From Novakomyces olei (Eukaryota), in NCBI GenBank assembly GCA_016906335.1, contig JADEYG010000015.1:1-64000 (forward strand): 64,000 bases of DNA. Reading direction: 5' to 3'. Both the position numbers and the translations under genes were made by a program. A model generated the notes under the pieces. That model saw only the letters and a program-made list of their open reading frames with translations, ran no database searches and was not told the DNA's origin. This document shows positions 36,325-46,495 of the stretch, one piece after another; position 1 is the stretch's first letter; each line of letters starts with the position of its first letter.

Positions 36325-36491
36325 CATATCGTGGAAATGGCCAACGACGAATCTGGCCTACTCAAAAATCTGCCAGAAATCGGGCAATTGAGTGCAATGG
36401 TTAAACAAGACTGAGCAACAAACTTTATTGTGTTTTGGAAAGGCAGAGGAAATATACTACTGCAATAAGTTTATTTGCGAGCCGATTAATA

Positions 36492-37343
36492 ATGCACAGC
36501 AGGCAGACAACTGAACCGCGTGAATCGCGTTCACTGATCAGAGCTGGGAAGCTTAAATCTTCAACTACTGGCTGGTCCGACGGGTATTTGCAAGCAAATT
36601 TGCTGGTACTTCCTTCCAAATACGCAGACGATTTTCGCAACCTATGCCTGCGTAACCCTGTACCTTGTCCCCTGCTGGCGGAGACAGAGAAAGGTGACCC
36701 GACAAGACTGTCGCCCGCCTTTTGTGCGCGTGGTGCTAATGTGGCGAGCGATATTCCGTGGTACAATGTCTATGTGAATGGGAGACTAGAGCAAACAAGG
36801 GCCAATATTGCGGATGAGTGGACGGATGACTATATCGGCTTCCTGATCGGTTGCTCATTTTCGTTTGAAGCTGCTCTTTGCGAGGCTGGATTAGTCCCGC
36901 GCCATCTGCCATCTGGCCGATCTCCGCCCATGTTTATTACGACCTGGCCGCTAAACCCGGCCGGTCGATTTACGGGTACCTTTGTTGTTTCAATGCGACC
37001 TTATGCCCCGAGGGACATTGATCGTGTACGCAAGATTTCGGGGCGCTACAAATACTGCCACGGTGAGCCTATTGCCTGGGGGTGGGAGGCATGCAGAAGT
37101 CTGGGTATAGCGAATATCATGAAGCCAGATTTTGGTGAGCCCTCGGAGGTGTTTGGGGATGAGGTTCCCGTATTCTGGGGGTGCGGGGTCACACCTCAGG
37201 TTGCTGTTATGGCGAGTAAAATACCGGAACGCGTATTTTCCCATAAACCAGGCCACATGTTTATTACCGACATGACTAATCAGGACTCGGAAACGTTGTA
37301 TGACCGAGGCGAAAGGTCGGCCCACGTCTCTGCCGTTTTATAG
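36492..37343 (+). CDS. DUF1445 / YcsI (PxpI) / D-glutamate cyclase-like protein
   Basis: YLQANL, CLRNPVPCPLL, FLIGCSFSFE, VVSMRP, HGEPIAWG, VFWGCGVTPQ and HKPGHMFITD. Confidence 0.88.
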   Translation: MHSRQTTEPRESRSLIRAGKLKSSTTGWSDGYLQANLLVLPSKYADDFRNLCLRNPVPCPLLAETEKGDPTRLSPAFCARGANVASDIPWYNVYVNGRLEQTRANIADEWTDDYIGFLIGCSFSFEAALCEAGLVPRHLPSGRSPPMFITTWPLNPAGRFTGTFVVSMRPYAPRDIDRVRKISGRYKYCHGEPIAWGWEACRSLGIANIMKPDFGEPSEVFGDEVPVFWGCGVTPQVAVMASKIPERVFSHKPGHMFITDMTNQDSETLYDRGERSAHVSAVL

Positions 37344-37409
37344 GCGACGAGGGCAGTTTATCGATTTATTATTATATGTGCAGCCATAATAGCAAACTAA
37401 TAGAGATCG

Positions 37410-37560
37410 TCAAGGTTAGATATTACAAAGTCAATCAGTAAAGTTAGAAAGAGCGATAATGTTAGATAGAGTGATAAGGCTAGATATAACGCGATAATGT
37501 GAGTATAGTAAAATAAAGTCGGGTAGAGTAAAATAAAGTTAGATATAGTGAAATTAATAG
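37410..37560. repeat. Degenerate tandem repeat of about 20 bp (taaagttagatatagtgaaa-like)
   Basis: About 7 imperfect copies between the DUF1445 gene and the oxoprolinase gene. Confidence 0.6.
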
Positions 37561-37703
37561 AGAATAGTGTTAGTGAAGCAATCGAACAACGAGCAAGTGG
37601 ACAAGTTCAATTCCATAAACGCTGAAGGCACCTCTGAGCAAACAGCGCGTCCATAATCAAACACTGAAATGGGATTGCTTATCGCCGTGCTTCCTCCTCG
37701 GTG

Positions 37704-37764
37704 GCGGAGTGCTCCTCCGCAAGTCCCGATTCAATCTTAGATTGCGGGTTGCGGAGCTCCGCAA
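37704..37764. promoter_or_regulatory. GGAGCTCC-type palindromes upstream of the oxoprolinase gene
   Basis: gcggagtgctcctccgc (37704-37720) and the perfect 16-bp ttgcggagctccgcaa (37749-37764). Confidence 0.55.
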
Positions 37765-38025
37765 ACCTATCATTCATATAATGATGCAAGCGTCTGGCCG
37801 GGCTTTAAGAGCACCAGCTCGTCGGCACTAGATTCGGAAATCTTTAAAGCCTGGGTTCCACTATACTGCCTTTTAGTTGTGAGCAAACTTTCCCTGAGCG
37901 CGACTTGACTTGGTACAAGGACAATTCGTGAATATTTCATCAAACCACATCAATCCTTGTAAAGGACTTTTAGCTCAGTCTGCGTTTCATCTATTCCGGC
38001 ATCGTTGATATATACATTGAAAATT

Positions 38026-41000
38026 ATGGGCTTGAGAGTCCATATCGACCGCGGCGGGACGTTTACCGATGCGATTGCTACGTTTGACGGAAATGAGCGA
38101 GAGCCGATTGTGATCAAGCTTTTGTCAGAAGACCCCGATAACTATCGCGATGCGCCGCTGGAGGCTATTCGGCGGGCTTTAGAAATAGCCACGGGAACCA
38201 AAATTGACCGCCGCACAAAGCTTGATACTAGCCAGATCAGCAGTATTCGGTGTGGTACTACAGTAGCGACAAATGCCCTACTGGAACGAAAAGGAGAGCG
38301 TGTTGCTTTTATTACTACTAAAGGCTTCCGGGACTGCTTGATTATAGGCAACCAGACGCGGCCGGATATATTTGCCTTGGATATCAGGAGACCCGGAGTG
38401 CTTTATTCTACTGTCCTCGAGGTGGATGAAAGGGTCACATTGGAAGACTACGCGGAAGACCCGCTGCGTCATACAACGAGCCGGCAAAAGATCGAGCAAT
38501 CTAACGGTGACCTGGTCGAATCTGTCTCGGGCCAAGTTGTGCGTATTATTCGTCGACCCAACGAGTCCCAGATTCGTCGAGATTTGCTAAATCTCCGGGC
38601 CCAAGGCTATGAAAATATTGCAGTTTGTCTTGCTCACGGGTACATATTTCCAGACCATGAGCAATTGGTGGGCAATCTGGCAAAAGAATTGGGGTTCAAG
38701 CACGTCAGCCTCTCTCACGAATTAATGCCCATGATCAAGTTTGTTCCGAGAGCAACATCGGCCACAGCAGACGCTTATCTTTCGCCAGTAGTGAAAAAGT
38801 ACCTCGAAAGTTTTGAAGCCGGGTTCGCTCAAACTGATCTTACTGCCGGAGGAATGCCAACAGCACAAACTCAAGAAAAAGGACAGGAAGAAGGAGAAAC
38901 GACTAGATGCGATTTTATGCAGAGCGATGGAGGACTAGTGAACGCTCGTCTTTTCTCTGGCCTTCGAGCCATCTTGTCCGGCCCGGCAGGAGGAGTTGTG
39001 GGGTACGCATTGACATGTTTTGACAGGAAAACTGCCATCCCAGTCCTGGGCTTCGATATGGGCGGGACATCAACCGACGTTTCGCGCTACGCGGGCGAGT
39101 ATGAGCACGTATTTGAGACGACAACTGCCGGCGTTACTATACAATCGCCTCAGCTGGATATAAGCACAGTAGCTGCTGGTGGGGGTTCACGTTTGTTTTG
39201 GCGGAACGGGTTATTCGTAGTCGGTCCCGAAAGTGCGGGTGCCCATCCGGGTCCCGTTTGTTACAAGAAAGGAGGGTACTTGACCGTTACCGATGCCAAC
39301 CTCGTCCTGGGCCGATTGCTGCCCGAATTTTTCCCCAAACTATTCGGCCCCAATGAGGACGAGGAGCTTGATGTTGCACAAGCAAGGGCTCAATTTGCCA
39401 AACTGACAAAGGAGATTAATGCCGACTTGAACGGGCAAAGTGCGGGCAAGCAGCTATCAGTGGACCAAGTGGCCTACGGCTTCATCAAAGTAGCCAACGA
39501 GACAATGGCGAGGCCCATACGAGCACTGACAGAGGCTAAAGGCAACGACACTGCCGCCCATAGACTGGCCTCCTTTGGCGGAGCTGGGGGCCAGCATTGT
39601 GTAGCAATTGCAGAGAATTTGGGTATTTCTCAAGTCCTGATTCACAAGTACAGTTCGTTGTTAAGTGCCTACGGAATGGCTCTAGCGGACGTTGTCACAG
39701 AGGAGCAAGAGCCGGCTGCTCTTGTTTTGGGCGCTGAAGGGACACTGTCGGCTATTCAGCAGCGGTTTTCCGAGCTGCGGGCTCGTGCTAGTGCCACACT
39801 GAAACGACAGGGATTTCAAGAGCCACAGAGGGTGTTCAAGTACTATTTGAACTGCCGATACAGGGGCGCGGAAAGCCCTTTGATGATTGCCAAGCCGGGC
39901 GATGGGTCATGGGATTTTGCTGCTGCCTTTACGCAGCAGCACTTGAGGGAGTTTGGCTTCAGTTTCCCAGACAAGGATATCATTGTGGACGATGTCAGAG
40001 TTCGAGCGGAAGGAAAAGCGAGTAATATTGCTGCAGAGCAGAGCGTCGATGAGCAGTTGCAGAGTATTGCATTTAAAAGCGTCGATAGCGAAGCGGCTTT
40101 TGCCTATAAAGATGTTTACTTTGAGACAAATGGAGCCGATCATGGAGCCGGAGGAGGCGGCCGATTGCGGACGGCAATTTACGAATTAAGTGATCTCTGC
40201 CCGGGAACAAAGGTTCCTGGACCAGCAATAATAGCAGACAAGACACAGACGCTTTTGGTTCCGCCTTTGGCTCACGCACTGCTCCTCAAGACACACGTGC
40301 TCGTCAACATTGGGCGGGACAGTGTTGGCACTAGTAATAATAATACAGACACAAAGAGTGATGTCAATACTAATGTTAATACTGACGACAAAAACCCTGG
40401 TATAAACGTAAAAAAGTTACGAGCCTTCCCCTCTGCCGGACACCAAGTGGACCCAGTTTATTTGTCCATCTTTGGCTCACGATTCATGGCAGTGGCAGAG
40501 CAGATGGGCCGCGTTTTGCAAAAAACGAGTGTCTCTACAAACGTAAAAGAGAGGCTCGACTATTCCTGTGCTCTGTTCGATGCAGATGGAGGCCTCGTGG
40601 CCAATGCTCCTCATTTGCCGGTTCATCTAGGCTCCATGTCGACGTGTGTACGTACTCAGGCACAGCTACACGCCGGCAAATTGAAACGTGGCGATGTTTT
40701 GGTGACCAACCACCCCTCGTTTGGCGGCACCCACCTTCCCGATATCACGGTAATAACTCCACATTTTGATGAGCAAGACAAGATTCTATTCTACGTGGCC
40801 TCAAGAGCTCACCATGCGGATATCGGTGGCATTCTGCCCGGGAGCATGCCTCCGTCGAGTAAAACTCTGAGTGACGAGGGAGCAGCAATTGCCTCAGAGA
40901 AGCTGGTTGTTGAAGGCGTCTTCCAGGAAGAGTTGATGACAAACCTGCTTCTCCACGAGCCGGTTAAAGTTCCCGGAGGATCGGGAACACGGTGTTTGGC

Positions 41001-42267
41001 AGACAATTTAAACGATCTCAAGGCCCAGGTAGCAGCCAATCAAAAAGGCATTAGCCTTATTAATGCTATGATCCGGGAGTATGGCACTTCAGACACAATC
41101 CTGTTTTACATGGGAGCCATTCAGACAAACGCAGAGGCGGCTGTCCGCAGCCTGCTGACAAAAGTCAGCGAGAGGTTCCAGGGCCAGGATCTAGTGGCCC
41201 AGGATTTTATGGACGACGGGTCGAGAATTGCTCTACGCATCACTATCGACGCGGCCAAGGGGAGTGCCGTGTTTGACTTTACCGGCACATCGGACCAGGT
41301 CTACGCCAATACGAACGCTCCTGCTGCCGTCTCCTACTCCGCCATCATATACTGCCTGCGTGCCCTAATATCTCAACCCATCCCGCTCAATCAAGGCTTT
41401 CTAGCCCCGATTCAAGTAATCTTACCGCCGGGCTCGTTTTTAAATCCGAGTGCGAATGCTGCCGTTGTGGGGGGGAACGTGTTGACGAGTCAGCGTGTTA
41501 CAGACACTGTTTTAAGGGCCTTTCAAGTATGTGCCGCCAGTCAGGGCGATACAAACAACCTGACTTTTGGTATAGGCGGGGTCAAAAAAGGCGATATTAA
41601 TAGCAATAATGGCAGTACTGGCAGTACTAGCAGTAATAGCAGTACTGACAGTACTAGCAGTAATAGGAATAATAGCGCAGGGCAGCCACCGACTGTGCCC
41701 GGGTTTGGGTACTATGAGACGATAGCCGGTGGATCAGGAGCGTGTGAGACTGGTAGCGGCACTAGCGGAGTCCATACTCACATGACAAATACGCGTATAA
41801 CAGACCTGGAAGTGTTTGAGAAACGGTACCCTGTCCTTTTGCACGAGTTCCGTCTCCGGCCCGGCTCTGGTGGGCGAGGGCAGTTTTGTGGGGGCGATGG
41901 TGTAGTTCGCGATATCGAGTTTCGTATCCCTATGACCGTCTCCATTTTATCGGAGCGGAGAGTCTTCCAACCGTACGGAATGAAGGGCGGAGAACCCGCT
42001 CAGTGTGGGAACAATACTTGGATCTGTCACACAAGAGACGCTGAGGGCAGCATTACACAGACCCGGCGTATCCGTCTCGGCGGAAAGAACTCGGCTCTCA
42101 TGTCGCCGGGAGACAGAATCGTTATTGAGACTCCGGGAGGTGGAGGGTTTGGCCCTGTGGGAGAAAGCCACGGAGCCTGTCCGCCAGCAAGGCGAGGCAG
42201 CCAGGCCCCGTACCGACGAGCCAATGGCTCCATCCACCAAATAGCAGAGATGCAAGAAACCAATTGA
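38026..42267 (+). CDS. OXP1: ATP-dependent 5-oxoprolinase (fused hydantoinase A/B type)
   Basis: IDRGGTFTD, GTTVATNALLERKG, DMGGTSTDVS, FGGAGGQH, NVKERLDYSCA, HTHMTNTRITD and TPGGGG. Confidence 0.95.
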   Translation: MGLRVHIDRGGTFTDAIATFDGNEREPIVIKLLSEDPDNYRDAPLEAIRRALEIATGTKIDRRTKLDTSQISSIRCGTTVATNALLERKGERVAFITTKGFRDCLIIGNQTRPDIFALDIRRPGVLYSTVLEVDERVTLEDYAEDPLRHTTSRQKIEQSNGDLVESVSGQVVRIIRRPNESQIRRDLLNLRAQGYENIAVCLAHGYIFPDHEQLVGNLAKELGFKHVSLSHELMPMIKFVPRATSATADAYLSPVVKKYLESFEAGFAQTDLTAGGMPTAQTQEKGQEEGETTRCDFMQSDGGLVNARLFSGLRAILSGPAGGVVGYALTCFDRKTAIPVLGFDMGGTSTDVSRYAGEYEHVFETTTAGVTIQSPQLDISTVAAGGGSRLFWRNGLFVVGPESAGAHPGPVCYKKGGYLTVTDANLVLGRLLPEFFPKLFGPNEDEELDVAQARAQFAKLTKEINADLNGQSAGKQLSVDQVAYGFIKVANETMARPIRALTEAKGNDTAAHRLASFGGAGGQHCVAIAENLGISQVLIHKYSSLLSAYGMALADVVTEEQEPAALVLGAEGTLSAIQQRFSELRARASATLKRQGFQEPQRVFKYYLNCRYRGAESPLMIAKPGDGSWDFAAAFTQQHLREFGFSFPDKDIIVDDVRVRAEGKASNIAAEQSVDEQLQSIAFKSVDSEAAFAYKDVYFETNGADHGAGGGGRLRTAIYELSDLCPGTKVPGPAIIADKTQTLLVPPLAHALLLKTHVLVNIGRDSVGTSNNNTDTKSDVNTNVNTDDKNPGINVKKLRAFPSAGHQVDPVYLSIFGSRFMAVAEQMGRVLQKTSVSTNVKERLDYSCALFDADGGLVANAPHLPVHLGSMSTCVRTQAQLHAGKLKRGDVLVTNHPSFGGTHLPDITVITPHFDEQDKILFYVASRAHHADIGGILPGSMPPSSKTLSDEGAAIASEKLVVEGVFQEELMTNLLLHEPVKVPGGSGTRCLADNLNDLKAQVAANQKGISLINAMIREYGTSDTILFYMGAIQTNAEAAVRSLLTKVSERFQGQDLVAQDFMDDGSRIALRITIDAAKGSAVFDFTGTSDQVYANTNAPAAVSYSAIIYCLRALISQPIPLNQGFLAPIQVILPPGSFLNPSANAAVVGGNVLTSQRVTDTVLRAFQVCAASQGDTNNLTFGIGGVKKGDINSNNGSTGSTSSNSSTDSTSSNRNNSAGQPPTVPGFGYYETIAGGSGACETGSGTSGVHTHMTNTRITDLEVFEKRYPVLLHEFRLRPGSGGRGQFCGGDGVVRDIEFRIPMTVSILSERRVFQPYGMKGGEPAQCGNNTWICHTRDAEGSITQTRRIRLGGKNSALMSPGDRIVIETPGGGGFGPVGESHGACPPARRGSQAPYRRANGSIHQIAEMQETN

Positions 42268-42437
42268 TCATAGGTATATATAGACATTTGTATAGGGAAT
42301 AAAATAAAGCATTTGGCCTTTGCGCCCTTTTAATCTGCTCCTTTAATCTGCTCCTTTTATCTGCTCCTTTTAATCCGGTCTCAGACCAGATGGCGCCGCA
42401 ACCAGTGCTTCCATTTCGCTCAGTCTCGCTGCCACGC

Positions 42438-42980
42438 TCACACATTTGAATCGTTGTCGTTACCGGCAAATTCTGGTACGGTAGAGAATAAATTGTCGCC
42501 ATCTGGCGGTAAGCAAGTCGCCGGAGCAGACTGGTACAACGCGGTAAAAGCATCAAAATCAATATCCGCAGCCGTAATCATATTAAGGACCTCAAACGAC
42601 AAATCTGGCTGACGAGGTTCGGGCGGCACTGACCCTCTACTCGCGGCAGTTGCGTCTATTGGCTCGACGGGTGCCGTCTCTCCCTGTAGCGGAGCTATCG
42701 GCGGCCCTGCCGATTTGGGCGTCGGCACCCGACTGAAACCCATCGGCCCGTAATCTGCCAGATCAGCCGGCGGCACTGATAGCCCATAAGTACAGACTTT
42801 CTTTTGTATCATGGACAAGTAATCGCTCATGCTCCTGGCCTTTTCAAACGCTGTCTTTTCATAGCTCGTGGCTACTTTCCAGATCTGTTTCATCGGGATT
42901 TGCTCGCAGCCCTTGTGCAATGCAAGCATAAGCAGCTCTTCCATCCGCTTTCTCAGCCTCTGAACGCCTTCGTCCGCCAT
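42438..42980 (-). CDS. Small protein with a KIX-like (Med15/Gal11-type) helical domain and a Pro-rich then acidic tail
   Basis: VATSYEKTAFEKARSMSDYLSMIQKKV fits the KIX helix 2-3 pattern (A..YE...F..A.S...Y...I..K). Confidence 0.55.
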   Translation of the reverse strand: MADEGVQRLRKRMEELLMLALHKGCEQIPMKQIWKVATSYEKTAFEKARSMSDYLSMIQKKVCTYGLSVPPADLADYGPMGFSRVPTPKSAGPPIAPLQGETAPVEPIDATAASRGSVPPEPRQPDLSFEVLNMITAADIDFDAFTALYQSAPATCLPPDGDNLFSTVPEFAGNDNDSNV

Positions 42981-43948
42981 TGCCAACGATCTATTGCGCA
43001 AACTGCCACCCGTTACTGGGACGCCAAATCGTACACTTATAGAGGTTTGCGCTCAATGTTCTTGCTATACAGCGACCGCGTCAGCGTCCACACTGGCAGA
43101 GCAATTTGCCTTACTAAAAGTTGTGCTTTTGTAGCCACTGCGCTTTTAGTCGCGGCCTCAAGTAAACGCCGTTCCCGTCCTCGTCATCGTTACTGTGCGC
43201 TAGACATGTAGATTATAAAGATTATATAATTTTGAATAAATTATGCTGTGGATATAGATTATGTAGTCAATATAGACAACTATTGTCTGACAATATAGAA
43301 AGATTATAAAGGTGTCGAATCTGCCATACGTTTCATGTATAGATGGCCTGGGCGCCGTAACAGACACTTGTAGAAAACCAGTTAACAATAATGACACTTG
43401 GAGGCCCTTGGCCACTCTTTGAAGACAAGGAACAAGAAATAAGGACAAGCAAGGGAGCTACAAAAATATTATTACCCTTTTAGGAAATTATATTTACTTT
43501 GGAGACTGGAATCCCATAGTCGTCTTGTGTAATACTACTCACACTTTTCCCTCGAAACTTACTAGGTAATTTTCTTTGGTTTAGTCATATAAGGCGCTCT
43601 TGGCATTGGCCCTGCTAGACAGGGCTTTCAACCGTGTTGCTGTGTTTTGCTTTTATTTGTCGTTGTCTAGTTACCGGTTTTTGTTTAAGCCTTCTTGTGC
43701 TTGCCTTGTAATTATAGTATGTCAAAGTATATTGACTTGTTTGCACTGCCAAACTATCTGTCTGTATCTGCCTATCTATCTATCTATCATTTATTGTCTA
43801 TTTATCATTATTGTCTATTTATCATTATTGTCTATCTGTCCATTAATCTTTTATTTTGTCTGAATAATGTAATTAATCCTGATCAGAAATGCCGGCAAAC
43901 CTGTCGGGACGGAATTACCGCACTTGTTAAAACCATATAAGTCTACGC

Positions 43949-45667
43949 ATGAAAGGCGCTCGACTTACGAAAAACGCGGAGCGGAAACGTCAGCAGCGTG
44001 CAGAGTCAGAGAGCGATGAAAGGCGAAAGTTTGTATGTGATACGTGTGGCGAAAAGTTCACGAGGTACGAGAACCTGAAACGGCACCGCCAGGCCCACCA
44101 GGGCCCCCAGCGGTGGCAATGCCAGTTTTGCGAGCGTGCGTATATGCGGTCGGACCTGCTGAGGCGGCATGTAAAAAATGCGCATTCACAGGGCAATGGC
44201 GTTGCTGCTGCAAATGACGTCAGTCTAGATCCAGTGAAAGGCCACAAGCGTGTGGAGAAAACGATACGGTGGCCGACGTTTCATTCGGAAGATATACCCG
44301 ATGAGTTTAATCAGTACTTGGAACGCTATCTGACAGAAATGCCTTTGCTCCCGGCCGACTTTCTGGCTCATTATATCGAAATATATATTGATCGGTTTCA
44401 CCCTATCCTTCCCTTTATTCATTTCCCCACGTTCGAGTTGACCACAGTTGCCGCATCGTGTCTAAGATCAATCGCTGTTATTGGCTGTCTTTTCACGGAT
44501 TTGGATTCTGATCATCAGTTTGCAGGAGAGTTTCTGGATAGCGGGTTCCGTCTATTGCAGCTCTTACTGCAAAAAAAACGGTACAAGTTGAAAACACTCT
44601 GGGTATCACAGACCATCCTCCTCATGACCGTATCTTCTTTCCAACTAGTAGAGGATCACCGATGTCAGTCGTGCGGTGTGCTGCTTAACGAGGTTGTCAA
44701 TAGTATTCGCCAGCAGGGCTGGCTTTCTTTGACTGCTAATTTTACGGTTCGTGAGGAATCTATTATACGCACAGTAGCCAGCATCTACATTCTCGGTCTC
44801 GTATCAACCGTGTTGAATAACACACGTCTGCCTTTTTCGTTTTTGGAATTTAGAAGCAGATTGCCCTTGAATTTTGAGCTTTGGAATCACGCCCAAGACG
44901 TAATTAATGTTCCAGAGGGCTACCAAGCCCTTACGCTTTCAGACGCATTAAAAAGTCTTTCTAGCGGTCCAATCGTTTTTGAAGAGGATACGATTACTCC
45001 ACTGCTTTTGCTCTGCTCTGTCCTGGAAATGATACGACAAGAGCATAGTTTTGCACTGTTCGGCATAGAAAGAACGCGCTCCCTGTACTTGAAGACTTTG
45101 ATGACGAATTTGGGCCAAAGCTTAAAGTCTACCCCAAACCAGGCAGGGACAAATGACCTTTTCTGGGCAATTTGGAGACTTGCTCACTCGTACCTTTTTG
45201 TAACACCCGCAATCTTAGTCAGAGGCCAAGTAGCGTTCAGTTTGCCGTCTTTTGTTGAAACATATCACACTCTACGGACAATGGAAAAATCCGATTTTGA
45301 ATGCAACGAGTCCTTTCTGTTATCGATCGAAAAGAACTTTGAAGATGCTAGTTGGGCTATCGAGAAATTAAGGCTGCTTTCTGTGCAGCGGAAGTTTGAT
45401 ATACCTTTGACCCGCTCCATCCTGCTCTGTATTCTTCTTGAGAGCTATGTTCTGCTGAAAACTGCGTCGCATTGCACTGTACAATCTCTGCCATTCTCGT
45501 CTCAAATTGAGTTTCAAATATCGCGTTTTCTTCGCGTTGCCCAGATCGATATACGATCTCCGTCATATTGTGCAGAATATGGTCAGTTTTTGAAATCCTT
45601 ATTCGATGTCTCTGGCTGCTGGGGCTCAAGTCGTGCATTATCCAACATTTTTCGGCTGTCTAGCTGA
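43949..45667 (+). CDS. C2H2 zinc-finger transcription factor with a fungal-specific TF domain
   Basis: Two fingers CDTC...HRQAH and CQFC...RSDLLRRHVKNAH; FHPILPFIH motif. Confidence 0.9.
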   Translation: MKGARLTKNAERKRQQRAESESDERRKFVCDTCGEKFTRYENLKRHRQAHQGPQRWQCQFCERAYMRSDLLRRHVKNAHSQGNGVAAANDVSLDPVKGHKRVEKTIRWPTFHSEDIPDEFNQYLERYLTEMPLLPADFLAHYIEIYIDRFHPILPFIHFPTFELTTVAASCLRSIAVIGCLFTDLDSDHQFAGEFLDSGFRLLQLLLQKKRYKLKTLWVSQTILLMTVSSFQLVEDHRCQSCGVLLNEVVNSIRQQGWLSLTANFTVREESIIRTVASIYILGLVSTVLNNTRLPFSFLEFRSRLPLNFELWNHAQDVINVPEGYQALTLSDALKSLSSGPIVFEEDTITPLLLLCSVLEMIRQEHSFALFGIERTRSLYLKTLMTNLGQSLKSTPNQAGTNDLFWAIWRLAHSYLFVTPAILVRGQVAFSLPSFVETYHTLRTMEKSDFECNESFLLSIEKNFEDASWAIEKLRLLSVQRKFDIPLTRSILLCILLESYVLLKTASHCTVQSLPFSSQIEFQISRFLRVAQIDIRSPSYCAEYGQFLKSLFDVSGCWGSSRALSNIFRLSS

Positions 45668-46495
45668 ATTCGTAGTGCTATCTGGTTCTTCGTGAGCTGC
45701 CAACATTGGGGTTTTTGGTGTTTTTCCCAGTGAAGGGCGCATTATTTTTGAAGGAAAGCTGGACAAAATTTGGGCACCAAGTTGCCCAAATTTGGGATTC
45801 TATTACGCTCTTCTATTTCACCTGTTAAAAAGATTTGTTTTTCTGTGCCCTGTGAAACGCGCGGGATTTTATAATTTGGTTTGTAGCGCAAAGTATACTG
45901 AAGGATACTGCATTAGATAAACTTTGATTTAGTTAAAAATGCGTTGTGTTTTACATACGTAATAGCAGGTAAAAAATTAGCAACGATAGGTAAATAATTA
46001 GCAATAGATATGTTGAATTGTTAAAGTTATTTTGAAGTTCGAATGGTTGGCATTAACTCTGACTGTAGAAAAGGGTTAGTTAGGGTTTGGAAAATTCAAT
46101 AAGTAATGTAAAGACAGAATGATTTTAAAGAAATAATATTGAATATAAGTTATATAGAGTAAGTTTCTCAACAAGATACATAGGAACAAAAGACGTTCTA
46201 TAAAAAGTTTATTGTAAATTAGAATCGTCCTATATATGTTTCACATTATTAATCTGAACGCGCACTAATCCTTCGGCAATCCATCGGCATTTGGGTATTA
46301 ATGTTGTGTCATATTGTGTGCCCTCAGTTTATTACCAATTGTAATTATGTAATAGAGTTTCGGCTGAAACCCGAAATATTAACATTTATAATAGTGTCAA
46401 ACGTCATTTTCTATATCGTATAAATTGTTGCCTGCGTCACACGTCGAGCGGGCAAAAGGCCGACCAATTTTTACAAGGTATTTAAAAGCACAGTT

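Noticed and set aside
42325-43860. Short tandem repeats (tttaatctgctcc at about 42325-42375; tctatttatcattattg at about 43760-43850) and the hydrophobic ORFs over them
   Set aside because: Simple slippage repeats; the ORFs are compositional artefacts.
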